Source: an uncultured Victivallales bacterium
GTDB taxonomy: Bacteria > Verrucomicrobiota > Lentisphaeria > Victivallales > UBA1829
NCBI GenBank assembly: GCA_944390735.1
Contig: CALXRL010000084.1
Location: 937-64,936, forward strand
Reading direction: 5' to 3'
DNA: 64,000 bases
In this document: piece after piece, positions 17,740-26,152 of the stretch
Position numbering within the stretch: the stretch's first letter is position 1
Layout: every line of letters begins with the position of its first letter
Notes under the pieces: model-generated
What the model was told of the DNA's origin: nothing
Seen by the model: the letters and a program-made list of their open reading frames with translations, nothing else
Database searches by the model: none
Translations under genes and position numbers: made by a program

Positions 17740-19887
17740 GTGTGGAAGTTTTTGAAATCGGGCTTTTTTGCAGAATCGTTTTTTCTGGGAATTTTCATTC
17801 TTTCGCTCTATACGGAACTGTTCCGGTATGTGATGTCGTCCACGGGAGGATCGGAGTTCATTCTTCCGGCGGTGGCGGTACCCGTCATGCTGATTACGTC
17901 TCTGACGTCGATTCTTCTTCTGATTCCGCGGAAAAGAAAAAGAGGGACGGCATCTGAATTTCTTTATCTTTTCACCGGCAGTTTGCTGGCGGTGTTTGTT
18001 CTGAGTCTTCTTCTGCTGATCTGTGTTTCATCGACGGTGGATATTCGAAGAAATCTGATTTTCCCGGAATCGGACGGCCTTCTTCTTCTGATCTATCTGC
18101 TCTCCTCCGCGATTGCCGGAGCCTCCACGGGACTGATTTACGGAACATTTTTCAGCCGTGCCGCTCTGTATGAGGACAATGAGACGTTTATTTACGGGAC
18201 ACTCGGCGGCTTTCTGACCGGCGCCGCGCTGATTCAAGTGATTTCCTGGTTCCCGTTTCGTGGTTCTTTCTTTTGTCCGATTGCGTTCGGAGTGGTTTTT
18301 TTATTTGTGGCGCTGTTCTGCGGAATCGGAAAAGTGCAGTTGCGTCTTGCGGGGAAGGGGGGGATAGTCGTTCTCTTTCTCTGCATGCTTGGCTTGTTTC
18401 TGGCAGGCGTGGTTCTGATGGTGAAGCAGGCGCCGCAGCGCTTTTTTCAGCATTTTCTGAATTCGTCGATTGGAAAATACGAATTTACGGAATACGGGAT
18501 TTTTTTCAACGGGAAGGCGCGGCGATTGTATGAATATGCGTTTGATTTCGACAAACTGCTGGTGCTGGTTTCGAGTCTTCAGAACAACCGCACGGGTCAG
18601 AATGCGCTTCTGATTACCACGCCCGGGACATCGCTGGCGGTGTCCATGGAGATCATGCCGCATATTGAAAAAGTCGATGCCCTTGTACCGGATGCGGTTG
18701 CGGCCGAGGTGATTGCTTCGGCTCTCTTTCCCAAAAACAAGATCCGCATGTTCACGGAGGATCCGATTGAGTTTCTGAAGAAAAAGCGGACAAAGTACGA
18801 TCTTGTGGTCATCGGAATTTCGGAAATTTATTCCCTGGGAATGCATCGTTATTATATGCTGGAGACCCTGGAGGCGGCAAAACAGAAGATGAAGGGGGAC
18901 GGCATATTTGCAATGCGCCTTCCGAATCCTCCCGGTTATTCCGCGGAGGCGGTGAGGCAGCTGCGCGCAAGAATCATTGCGACGGTGAAACAGGTGTTCC
19001 GCACCGTCGTTTTCACAGAAGGACGGACCGGAATTCTCATCGCCTCGGACGGAGGAGCTCTGACCTTTTCTCCGAACCTTCTGGAAAAACGACTGGAAAA
19101 ACTGACCGGCGTGAGAAAAGTGGCTCCTCCGGGATTGTTCTACATAGTCGGCAATCTTCTTCAGTCGGAATCCAGAAATGCCGGATCCGGCAGGGAGTAT
19201 CAGGGAATGGAAAGTCGGGAGCTCCAACCGGAAATTGTCCGGTTCAGCTGGCGGAACAATCCCTTCTTCTCCGGAAAAAAAATTCAGATTCCGCTGAAAC
19301 TGTATGATACCATGCTGCAATTCTACATTGTCCTTCTGGTCGGGCTCTTTTTTCTCTATCTGATTCTGCGCTATTTTTTCTCGTTCCGGCTGGATGTGAA
19401 AATGCTCTTCACCTCGTTTGAAAACGGATTCTATACGCTGGGAACCTTTTCGCTGCTTCTGTTTCTGTTTCAGGTGAAGACCGGTTCCCTGTATTCGAAT
19501 CTGCCCTGTCTGATCGGGATCTTTTCTGCAGGGGCGATTTCCGGCGGAGTCCTTTCAGGACGGATCGAAAACACAAGAATTCTGCATCTGATCGCCGGAA
19601 TTCTTCCCGTTCTGATCGCTCTCTGTTCCCTGCTGAGCAGCCGGAGTGCGCTGCTTGCCCTCTTTACCGCATCCGTCATTGTCGGGATCTGCTGCGGGTA
19701 TGCGTATTTTGATTTCCGGAAAAAAAGCGGAAATGAACTTTTTTCCGTTCTGATTCCTCCCATGACTCTGTTCGGCGCTTCGATCGGCATTTTCATTGTC
19801 GCCGGCCTTGCGCTTCCCGCAGGCGGACTGATTGCCTGTGTCATTTTGCTCTGTCTGAGCCGTATCTCCAGAATTATCAACGGGTAA
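17740..19887 (+). CDS. Polytopic membrane protein with central spermidine-synthase-like (class I MTase-fold) domain
   Basis: GTG start 20 nt after the lipoprotein stop. About 7 N-terminal and about 6 C-terminal TM helices flank a soluble region (ALLITTPGTSLAV...YDLVVIGISE...GDGIFAM) that resembles the SpeE fold with a degenerate glycine motif. Confidence 0.6.
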   Translation: MWKFLKSGFFAESFFLGIFILSLYTELFRYVMSSTGGSEFILPAVAVPVMLITSLTSILLLIPRKRKRGTASEFLYLFTGSLLAVFVLSLLLLICVSSTVDIRRNLIFPESDGLLLLIYLLSSAIAGASTGLIYGTFFSRAALYEDNETFIYGTLGGFLTGAALIQVISWFPFRGSFFCPIAFGVVFLFVALFCGIGKVQLRLAGKGGIVVLFLCMLGLFLAGVVLMVKQAPQRFFQHFLNSSIGKYEFTEYGIFFNGKARRLYEYAFDFDKLLVLVSSLQNNRTGQNALLITTPGTSLAVSMEIMPHIEKVDALVPDAVAAEVIASALFPKNKIRMFTEDPIEFLKKKRTKYDLVVIGISEIYSLGMHRYYMLETLEAAKQKMKGDGIFAMRLPNPPGYSAEAVRQLRARIIATVKQVFRTVVFTEGRTGILIASDGGALTFSPNLLEKRLEKLTGVRKVAPPGLFYIVGNLLQSESRNAGSGREYQGMESRELQPEIVRFSWRNNPFFSGKKIQIPLKLYDTMLQFYIVLLVGLFFLYLILRYFFSFRLDVKMLFTSFENGFYTLGTFSLLLFLFQVKTGSLYSNLPCLIGIFSAGAISGGVLSGRIENTRILHLIAGILPVLIALCSLLSSRSALLALFTASVIVGICCGYAYFDFRKKSGNELFSVLIPPMTLFGASIGIFIVAGLALPAGGLIACVILLCLSRISRIING

Positions 19888-19899
19888 CATATCTTCAAC

Positions 19900-19934
19900 T
19901 CGTCATTGACGGATCAGGTTCGTCATTGACGGAT
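19900..19934. promoter_or_regulatory. Perfect 15-nt direct repeat TCGTCATTGACGGAT x2, 20-nt phasing; candidate transcription-factor site
   Basis: Copies at 19900-19914 and 19920-19934. Each contains the inverted repeat CGTCA-t-TGACG. Confidence 0.4.
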
Positions 19935-20086
19935 TCGAAAAACATTCTGCTTGATTCATTTTTTTTCATCGACTTTCCGGGATTCTTTCCTGAAGGTTCC
20001 CTGATTTTTCTTCCTCAAAATGCAAAGGACGAGGAGAACAAAAATCACATTCAGTGAAGCGAATCTCTTTTTTCCCACCCTCGGTT

Positions 20087-20120
20087 CCGTCATTTTTCAC
20101 GAATGACGAATTTATGACGA
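20087..20120. promoter_or_regulatory. Further copies of the CGTCAT/ATGACG half-site
   Basis: CGTCAT 20088-20093, ATGACG 20103-20108 (inverted pair, 9-nt spacer), ATGACGA 20114-20120. Confidence 0.3.
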
Positions 20121-20227
20121 TACTCCTTTTGCGACCTTTCCACGAAATTTTCTTGTTCGGAATTTCGGTTCCAACTCTTTGATTCTCTGTCCCTTCTATA
20201 TTTCCCGATGGAAAGGAATCTCTTTCT

Positions 20228-20242
20228 ATGCAAAAATTGCAT
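20228..20242. promoter_or_regulatory. Palindrome ATGCAA-aaa-TTGCAT upstream of the -35 box; candidate operator
   Basis: 6-bp arms and a 3-nt spacer, 28 nt upstream of TTGACA. Confidence 0.3.
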
Positions 20243-20269
20243 AAATAATTAATTTTTTACAAAAAACGG

Positions 20270-20298
20270 TTGACATTTGCACGATTTTGGAGTATAAT
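20270..20298 (+). promoter_or_regulatory. Consensus sigma70-type promoter of the LacI-GH-pseudopilin operon
   Basis: TTGACA(20270-20275), exactly 17 nt, TATAAT(20293-20298), 41 nt upstream of ATG 20339. Confidence 0.6.
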
Positions 20299-20338
20299 GT
20301 AAGAAAGAACAACAACGAAAAAGAGTGGAAACAGAAAA

Positions 20339-21319
20339 ATGATCAAGTCGAAAATACACAACAGCACGAGCAGCGTTTCGGGAGTTCTTGCCAGAGTTGC
20401 GCAGCAGGCGAAGGTTTCGACTGGAACCGTGAGCAGAGTTTTCAACAACAGCTCCCTGATTCCTTCGGAGACACGCTGCCGGGTGTTATCCGCAGCGCGG
20501 GAACTGGGATTTCGTCCGAGGGTTGGGGTCCGGAACAAGCAGATTGCCCTGGTGACGGAACCGCCGTACAAGACCGTGATGGGTGGTTATGTGAATACGC
20601 TGACGCAGTACATCTGCTTCGCGCTTTCGCGGGCCGACGCGGGAATTACAATGATTACGGAGGATCGGATCGACAATCTCCGGAACTGCTGGTTTGACGG
20701 AATCATCGGGATCGCATGGGAAGAACGGACCATCGAGCTTCTGAAAAAGATGAAGAATGTTCCGGTCATCTGGCTCAGCGACAACCATTCCGCCTATTTT
20801 CACACGGTATTTCTGGATTGCGAAGCGACGGGTCGTCTTGCCGGGGAGTATCTGTACAACAAGGGGCACCGACGGGTTGCCGTGATTCACGAATCGGATT
20901 ACAGCGGAGTCGGCCGGATGCGGGGGCTGCGGAACTTTTTTACGGAACACGGTGTCTCCGAAGATCAGATTTACAATGTGTCCGATGCCGTTCCGCTGCA
21001 TCTTGCCGTGAAGCAGGTTCTGGATTTCGGTGCCACGGCGCTCTGGGTGACCGGCGAGGATATGAGGGTCATTGAGGTGAACTGGCTGCTGCAGGAGCTC
21101 GCCGGGGTGCGGGTACCGGAGGATATTTCGCTGATGGGATTTGAAAATCCCGGCATTTCGGAATTTCAGCGTCCTTCGCTGACAACCATTGCCTCTCCGC
21201 TTCGCGAAATCGCGGAAAAGGCGGTTGAACTGGTGTTCAGCGACAACCTTGACACCCCGCAGAGAATTGAACTTCCGGTCAAATTGATCGAACGCAATTC
21301 GGTACGGACAATCGGCTGA
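20339..21319 (+). CDS. LacI-family transcriptional regulator
   Basis: N-terminal HTH LARVAQQAKVSTGTVSRVFNN plus a periplasmic-binding-protein-like sugar domain. 326 aa. Confidence 0.9.
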   Translation: MIKSKIHNSTSSVSGVLARVAQQAKVSTGTVSRVFNNSSLIPSETRCRVLSAARELGFRPRVGVRNKQIALVTEPPYKTVMGGYVNTLTQYICFALSRADAGITMITEDRIDNLRNCWFDGIIGIAWEERTIELLKKMKNVPVIWLSDNHSAYFHTVFLDCEATGRLAGEYLYNKGHRRVAVIHESDYSGVGRMRGLRNFFTEHGVSEDQIYNVSDAVPLHLAVKQVLDFGATALWVTGEDMRVIEVNWLLQELAGVRVPEDISLMGFENPGISEFQRPSLTTIASPLREIAEKAVELVFSDNLDTPQRIELPVKLIERNSVRTIG

Positions 21320-21367
21320 ATCAAAACTATTCAAACCATATCAGAAAAAATCAGGAGACAAGAAAAT

Positions 21368-23419
21368 ATGAAAAAACGTTGGTGTCTGCTGCTGCTTTCC
21401 TTGTTTGCGGCGGGATCTGTTTTCGCGGAGGAACTGGTTGTCAAACCGGAACAGCTGATTGCGCGCTACAAGGCGAAAGTTGAAGAGAAAAACGGCGCGA
21501 TTTCCATTTCCAGCCATACCGCGGAATGGGATTCGGGACTGCTGATCCAGCCGCCGAAAGGGAAAAAATTTGATTTTTCAAAGGCGCGTTATCTTGCCGT
21601 CGATGTGGAGAATCTTTCCAGGGACCGCCAGTTGCGAATGACGATGCACATTTCCAGCGGGGTGCGCAACGGAAAAAGTTCCAGTCATGTGGATCTTCCG
21701 CATCGGGAGGTCAATACCGGCATTGGACTCAATCCGGGAGAAAAGCGCACGATGCGTCTCTATCTGCCGCATGCCTCGCTGTTCACGGCACCCGAGGGCG
21801 GACGCAATTTCAAAAATCCGCTTGATACAACGAAAATCAACGGCATTGAATTCAAAATGCAGTGGCCCTTTGAGGCGGAACGCAAGGGACTTCTGAATTG
21901 CCGTCTGACCAATCTGCGTCTGGAAGGCACCCCGGATACTTCCCGCAAGGTCATGGCAAAAAACTATTTCCCCTTTATCGACATTTACGGACAGTACAAG
22001 CATATCGACTGGCCCGAGAAGATTCACAACGATCAGGAACTGGTCGCGGAACACAAACGCGAGCTTGCCGAGCTGGCAAAGACGCCCGCTCCGGCGGAAT
22101 GGGACCGGTTCGGCGGCTGGGCTAAGGGACCGAAGCTGAAAGCCACCGGAAATTTTCGCGTGGAAAAATATCAGGGAAAATGGTTTTTTGTTGATCCGGA
22201 AGGCCGTCTCTTCTGGTCCACCGGACTCGATGTGCTGCGCGATCATTCCGATGCCACCAACGGACGCGGTCATGAAAAATGGTTTTCTCAGAAAGTTCCC
22301 GCCAATGGAACTCTTCCGTTCACGCAATGGAATCTTGAGAAAAAATACGGGAAAAAAGAGTACAAGGATGATTTCTATCTCGTTCTGACGAAGCGTCTTC
22401 AGGCGTGGGGAATCAATACGATCGGAAACTGGGCCGCCGGCGATTTCATGCGCAAGGGCCGGACTCCTTACACAATGCAGCTCAGCGATTTTGCAAAAGG
22501 ATTTCCGCGCTTTGCGGAGAGCAGAGTCAAATTCTACGATGTGTTCGATCCGCAGTTCGATGTGAAAATGGGAAATATTCTGCGGGACCGCGCGGCGGAG
22601 GACCCGGCGATCAAACAGTCGCTGAATGATCCCATGTGCATCGGCTACTTCATTGACAATGAACTCCGTTTCAACGATATCATTTCCGCCGTGATGCAGG
22701 CGGTTCCGAAGCAGCCGGCAAAGGTGGAATTCCTCAACGACCTGAAAAAGCAGTATGGAACCATTCAAAAACTCAACGCGGCCTGGAAAACAAAGTATGC
22801 CGACTGGAATGCGCTTGCTTTCTCCCGCACCAAAGAGCTGCCGAAGAGCGAGGCGTTCCGCGAAGACAGTGACAAGTTCTATGCGAAATTCGTCAACCGG
22901 TATTTCGAAACCTGCCGGAAAGGAATCAAAAAAACGGCTCCGTATCGTCTGTATCTCGGCTGCCGCTTTGTCGGATTCCGTCAGAAAAACAGTGCATGGG
23001 CCGCTGCGACGAAATATTGCGACGTGGTCAGTGTCAATACTTACAGCAACAGTGTGAACAATGTCAACAGCCGGGATTTCCGCGACCGTCCCGTTCTGAT
23101 CGGCGAGTTCCATTTCGGAACCTATGACCGTGGAATGTTCAGTTCGAGTCTTGCCCCGGTTGGCGATCAGAAGGAGAGAGCCAACAGCTATACGCGCTTT
23201 GTTCAGGGAGCGCTGGTGCATCCGAATTTTGTCGGAGCTCACTGGTTCCAGTTCCGCGATCAGCCGCTGACCGGCCGTTATGACGGGGAAGGTTATCAGA
23301 TCGGTTTTGTGGATGTTGCCGATACTCCTTATCCCGAACTGACAAAGGCCGCCCGCGAAGTCGGGGAAAACATGTACCGCTACCGCAGAAACGGAAAACT
23401 GGTCAATTCCATGAAGTAA
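21368..23419 (+). CDS. Secreted clan GH-A (TIM-barrel) glycoside hydrolase, family uncertain (GH50/GH42-like)
   Basis: Signal peptide MKKRWCLLLLSLFAAGSVFA. Candidate acid/base in YFIDNELRF and nucleophile in VLIGEFHFG. C-terminal AHWFQFRDQPLTGRYDGEGYQIGFVD block. Confidence 0.75.
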   Translation: MKKRWCLLLLSLFAAGSVFAEELVVKPEQLIARYKAKVEEKNGAISISSHTAEWDSGLLIQPPKGKKFDFSKARYLAVDVENLSRDRQLRMTMHISSGVRNGKSSSHVDLPHREVNTGIGLNPGEKRTMRLYLPHASLFTAPEGGRNFKNPLDTTKINGIEFKMQWPFEAERKGLLNCRLTNLRLEGTPDTSRKVMAKNYFPFIDIYGQYKHIDWPEKIHNDQELVAEHKRELAELAKTPAPAEWDRFGGWAKGPKLKATGNFRVEKYQGKWFFVDPEGRLFWSTGLDVLRDHSDATNGRGHEKWFSQKVPANGTLPFTQWNLEKKYGKKEYKDDFYLVLTKRLQAWGINTIGNWAAGDFMRKGRTPYTMQLSDFAKGFPRFAESRVKFYDVFDPQFDVKMGNILRDRAAEDPAIKQSLNDPMCIGYFIDNELRFNDIISAVMQAVPKQPAKVEFLNDLKKQYGTIQKLNAAWKTKYADWNALAFSRTKELPKSEAFREDSDKFYAKFVNRYFETCRKGIKKTAPYRLYLGCRFVGFRQKNSAWAAATKYCDVVSVNTYSNSVNNVNSRDFRDRPVLIGEFHFGTYDRGMFSSSLAPVGDQKERANSYTRFVQGALVHPNFVGAHWFQFRDQPLTGRYDGEGYQIGFVDVADTPYPELTKAAREVGENMYRYRRNGKLVNSMK

Positions 23420-23458
23420 TTCAGAACATTTTAATCAAGAAAAAAAGGGAGAAAATTT

Positions 23459-24169
23459 ATGAAAACTCGTAAATTCACACTGATAGAGCTCCTTGTGGTA
23501 ATTGCCATCATTGCCATCCTGGCAGGACTGCTGTTACCGGCTCTGGACAAGGCCAGGAAGAAAGCGCTGAGCGTTTCCTGTTCCGGAAATATGAGCCAGA
23601 TTGCTAAGATTCTCACATTCTACAACTCTGATTTTGATGACTGGAACATGGCGGCGCACATGTGGGGATCGTCCTGGATTTCCCGCTCAAAAGATCTCTA
23701 TAAACTGAAGGATAATATTTTCAAGTGTGCTGCCGAGCCTGTAAAAACTCAGACCACTTATGGACTGAACACCAACGGTTTCGGAGAAAATATCAAGGAC
23801 AACAACGATGGTTCCGAGGGAAAAGGCATGATTATGCATCGGACGCCGGAATATCTCCGTTTTCGTCCTTCTTCCAAACTTGGTGTGTTTGTGGATACCA
23901 TTCCTGTGGATTCTGCATACAATGGAAAAGTGCGTGATGGCAAAGGTAATACCACCTATTGGGAAATAAGAACCGATGTTGCTCCCTACAACAGCTCGGG
24001 TGCTTATTATCCTCCCTATGTCCGTCATAATGACCGGGCAAATATGGTGATGTTTGACGGTCATGTCCAGTCGATGAGTTACAATAAACTGCGTTACGAC
24101 CGTGACAGTTATGGAAATCCAGGCATGTATTACGGATCCGAACTGAAAATTCAGAACTGGGGAAAATAA
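23459..24169 (+). CDS. Prepilin-type N-terminal domain protein, H-X9-DG family (pseudopilin-like)
   Basis: [30 protein letters not shown]-terminus. C-terminal H-X9-DG ([14 protein letters not shown]). Confidence 0.85.
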   Translation: MKTRKFTLIELLVVIAIIAILAGLLLPALDKARKKALSVSCSGNMSQIAKILTFYNSDFDDWNMAAHMWGSSWISRSKDLYKLKDNIFKCAAEPVKTQTTYGLNTNGFGENIKDNNDGSEGKGMIMHRTPEYLRFRPSSKLGVFVDTIPVDSAYNGKVRDGKGNTTYWEIRTDVAPYNSSGAYYPPYVRHNDRANMVMFDGHVQSMSYNKLRYDRDSYGNPGMYYGSELKIQNWGK

Positions 24170-24245
24170 CGATTTTCCCGTGATTTGAAAACAAACAGTT
24201 ATTGGAGTATCTTGAAAGAGAAGAGAAAACAATCGGAGGCAGAAA

Positions 24246-25007
24246 ATGAAAAAGCATACTTTTTATTTTACCCTCATAGAACTCCTGATCGTAGTAGCCG
24301 TGATCGCCATTCTTGCGGCGCTTCTGCTGCCTGCGTTGAACAAGGCTCGTGCCAAGGCGCGGGATATTGCCTGTGCATCCAACTTGAGACAGGTGGGATT
24401 CGTCCTGCTTCAGTACAATGACAACAATGACGGGCGTTTTCCGAAAGCCAACGGGCTTCTGAACAGCGGTTCGGGATCTTATACCGGATCCGGTCGCTGG
24501 CAGGATGGACTCTATGCGCTGAAGGCGAACAAACCGCTGGCAAACAAACTGCACTGGATGTCGCAGAGCAATACGGAACCGAGTCGTCCGCATGATATTT
24601 TCGGCTGTCCCGCGCAGGAGAATCTGCCCTGGAATCAGTCGAACAATCTTCTCGGTTTCATGGCGCACTACATGATAAACACCTGGATCAGTGATTACGG
24701 GCAGGATTACATCGTCCGAAATGGCACGATGAACATTCGGCGTGTTCTCATGCCTTCCAAACAGATGGCCGTGACGGACGGAGAACGCAGAAACACCAGT
24801 TCCAGCGTTGGTTGTCCTTCCGCTCTGACCCGCAGCAACATCTGGTCCGAATCCTATGGACGAAATCGGATTCGTCATGGTTCCAACCGTGCGATGAACA
24901 TGGTGTTTGTCGACGGACATGTGGAATCGCGTATAATGGAGCTGATCCCGACCAATGGAAACAATTTGCAGGATCGTCCCTTCTGGAGAGGGCGCTTGAA
25001 CGATTAG
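24246..25007 (+). CDS. Prepilin-type N-terminal domain protein, H-X9-DG-like (H-X11-DG variant)
   Basis: [32 protein letters not shown]-terminal [16 protein letters not shown]. Confidence 0.85.
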   Translation: MKKHTFYFTLIELLIVVAVIAILAALLLPALNKARAKARDIACASNLRQVGFVLLQYNDNNDGRFPKANGLLNSGSGSYTGSGRWQDGLYALKANKPLANKLHWMSQSNTEPSRPHDIFGCPAQENLPWNQSNNLLGFMAHYMINTWISDYGQDYIVRNGTMNIRRVLMPSKQMAVTDGERRNTSSSVGCPSALTRSNIWSESYGRNRIRHGSNRAMNMVFVDGHVESRIMELIPTNGNNLQDRPFWRGRLND

Positions 25008-25015
25008 TTTCTTCT

Positions 25016-25168
25016 GGAGCGCGAGGGGAGAAAAACTGCTTTTCAACGCGGTTTCCTTCTCTCGCTTTTTTATAAAGATTTCGTGCTTCGCACGACCAGC
25101 GTCTCGCCGCTGGACCGCGACAAGGACATCCGTCCTTGACCCGAGAAAAATGCTGACGCATTTTTCCG
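25016..25168 (-). repeat. Multi-hairpin intergenic repeat, unit B2 (3'-truncated)
   Basis: The reverse complement aligns with units A1/A2 from CGGAAAAAUGCG through CCCCUCGCGCUCC, then diverges. Confidence 0.8.
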
Positions 25169-25416
25169 CCATTGAGGATTTTCTTTCACCTTCCGAACAG
25201 GATCTGCGAAGCGGGAGCCTTTGCGTGCAGCGCAAAAGGCGTCGGAAGTTTGGGGAAAGAGAGGAGCGCGAGGGGAGAAGAACCGCTTTTCAAAGCGGTT
25301 TTCTTCTCTCGCAAAAAGAAAAAGGATTTCGTGCTTCGCACGACCAGCGTTTCGCCGCTGAATCGCGACAAGGACATGCGTCCTTGACCCGAGAAAAATG
25401 CAGACGCATTTTTCTG
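25169..25416 (-). repeat. Multi-hairpin intergenic repeat, unit B1 (full unit with linker)
   Basis: The reverse complement aligns with A1 over the full ~246 nt, including the linker CUCCCGCUUC.CAGAUCCU..UCGGAAGGUGA. Begins 26 nt after the stop of the minus-strand gene 25442-26152. Confidence 0.85.
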
Positions 25417-25441
25417 TCTTGAAAGACAGGATTCCATCAGA

Positions 25442-26152
25442 TTACTTGTTTTTCAGTGTCACATTGAAGTCATCAAGAAAGACCCGATAGTTTTTGGTAT
25501 AGGGCGGAAAATTCAGGTAGAGACTTCCAAGTCCTGCATTCGGATGACGAAACAGGATTTCCGCGACGGTACGTTTTCCGGTTGCAAGATCGGTCAGTTC
25601 GCAGAGAGCGGAATCACCATCCTCCGGCGTCAGAGGCAGAGAGAAGGAGAGCTGATACCATCGATCATTGGAGATTCGTCCGAGCACTCCGGAATTTTTT
25701 TTCTTTTTTGCGGATTTGACCGGGGAATAAACACTGAGAACCTGTCGTTTCATGGAGGTGCTTACCAGACGCAGCCCCCCCTGTTTCGCATCGCGGATCT
25801 CGAAGGAGATGCAAGTCTGATCAGCGGGACCGTCGAGAGTGAATTTGAATTCGATTTTCTGAATTCCCTTTTTCGGGGAAGGCAGCCGGATACCGGCTCC
25901 CCACTGTCCCGGTGAATCGAGCCTTTGAAACATCAGCGAATTGTTCCCGGATACGGATCGTTCACTGGAGACGTAAAAAAGATCCTTTCCCTGCGAACCC
26001 CATGCCCGTCCCCATTTCAGCGGCGCTCTTCCGGGAACAACCGATTCAAACCCATCCTTGTAAAGCGTTTCAGGTGAATCGGAAAACACCGCGGCGGCCA
26101 GCAGAAACGCCGCCGCGGAGAGAAGAGATTTTTTACCAGTAGTAGAATTCAT
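25442..26152 (-). CDS. Secreted hypothetical protein, probable beta-jelly-roll (lectin/LamG-like)
   Basis: Signal peptide (KKSLLSAAAFLLAAAVFS). Beta-rich composition. Overlaps the upstream GH2-like gene by 20 nt. No motif I can name. Confidence 0.55.
   Translation of the reverse strand: MNSTTGKKSLLSAAAFLLAAAVFSDSPETLYKDGFESVVPGRAPLKWGRAWGSQGKDLFYVSSERSVSGNNSLMFQRLDSPGQWGAGIRLPSPKKGIQKIEFKFTLDGPADQTCISFEIRDAKQGGLRLVSTSMKRQVLSVYSPVKSAKKKKNSGVLGRISNDRWYQLSFSLPLTPEDGDSALCELTDLATGKRTVAEILFRHPNAGLGSLYLNFPPYTKNYRVFLDDFNVTLKNK

Noticed and set aside
2863-25416. Possibility that the inverted repeat pairs delimit a composite transposon or genomic island.
   Set aside because: The enclosed 22 kb is core housekeeping (dnaN, recF, ppk, uppS, cdsA, queC). 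No transposase, integrase or target-site duplications are visible.
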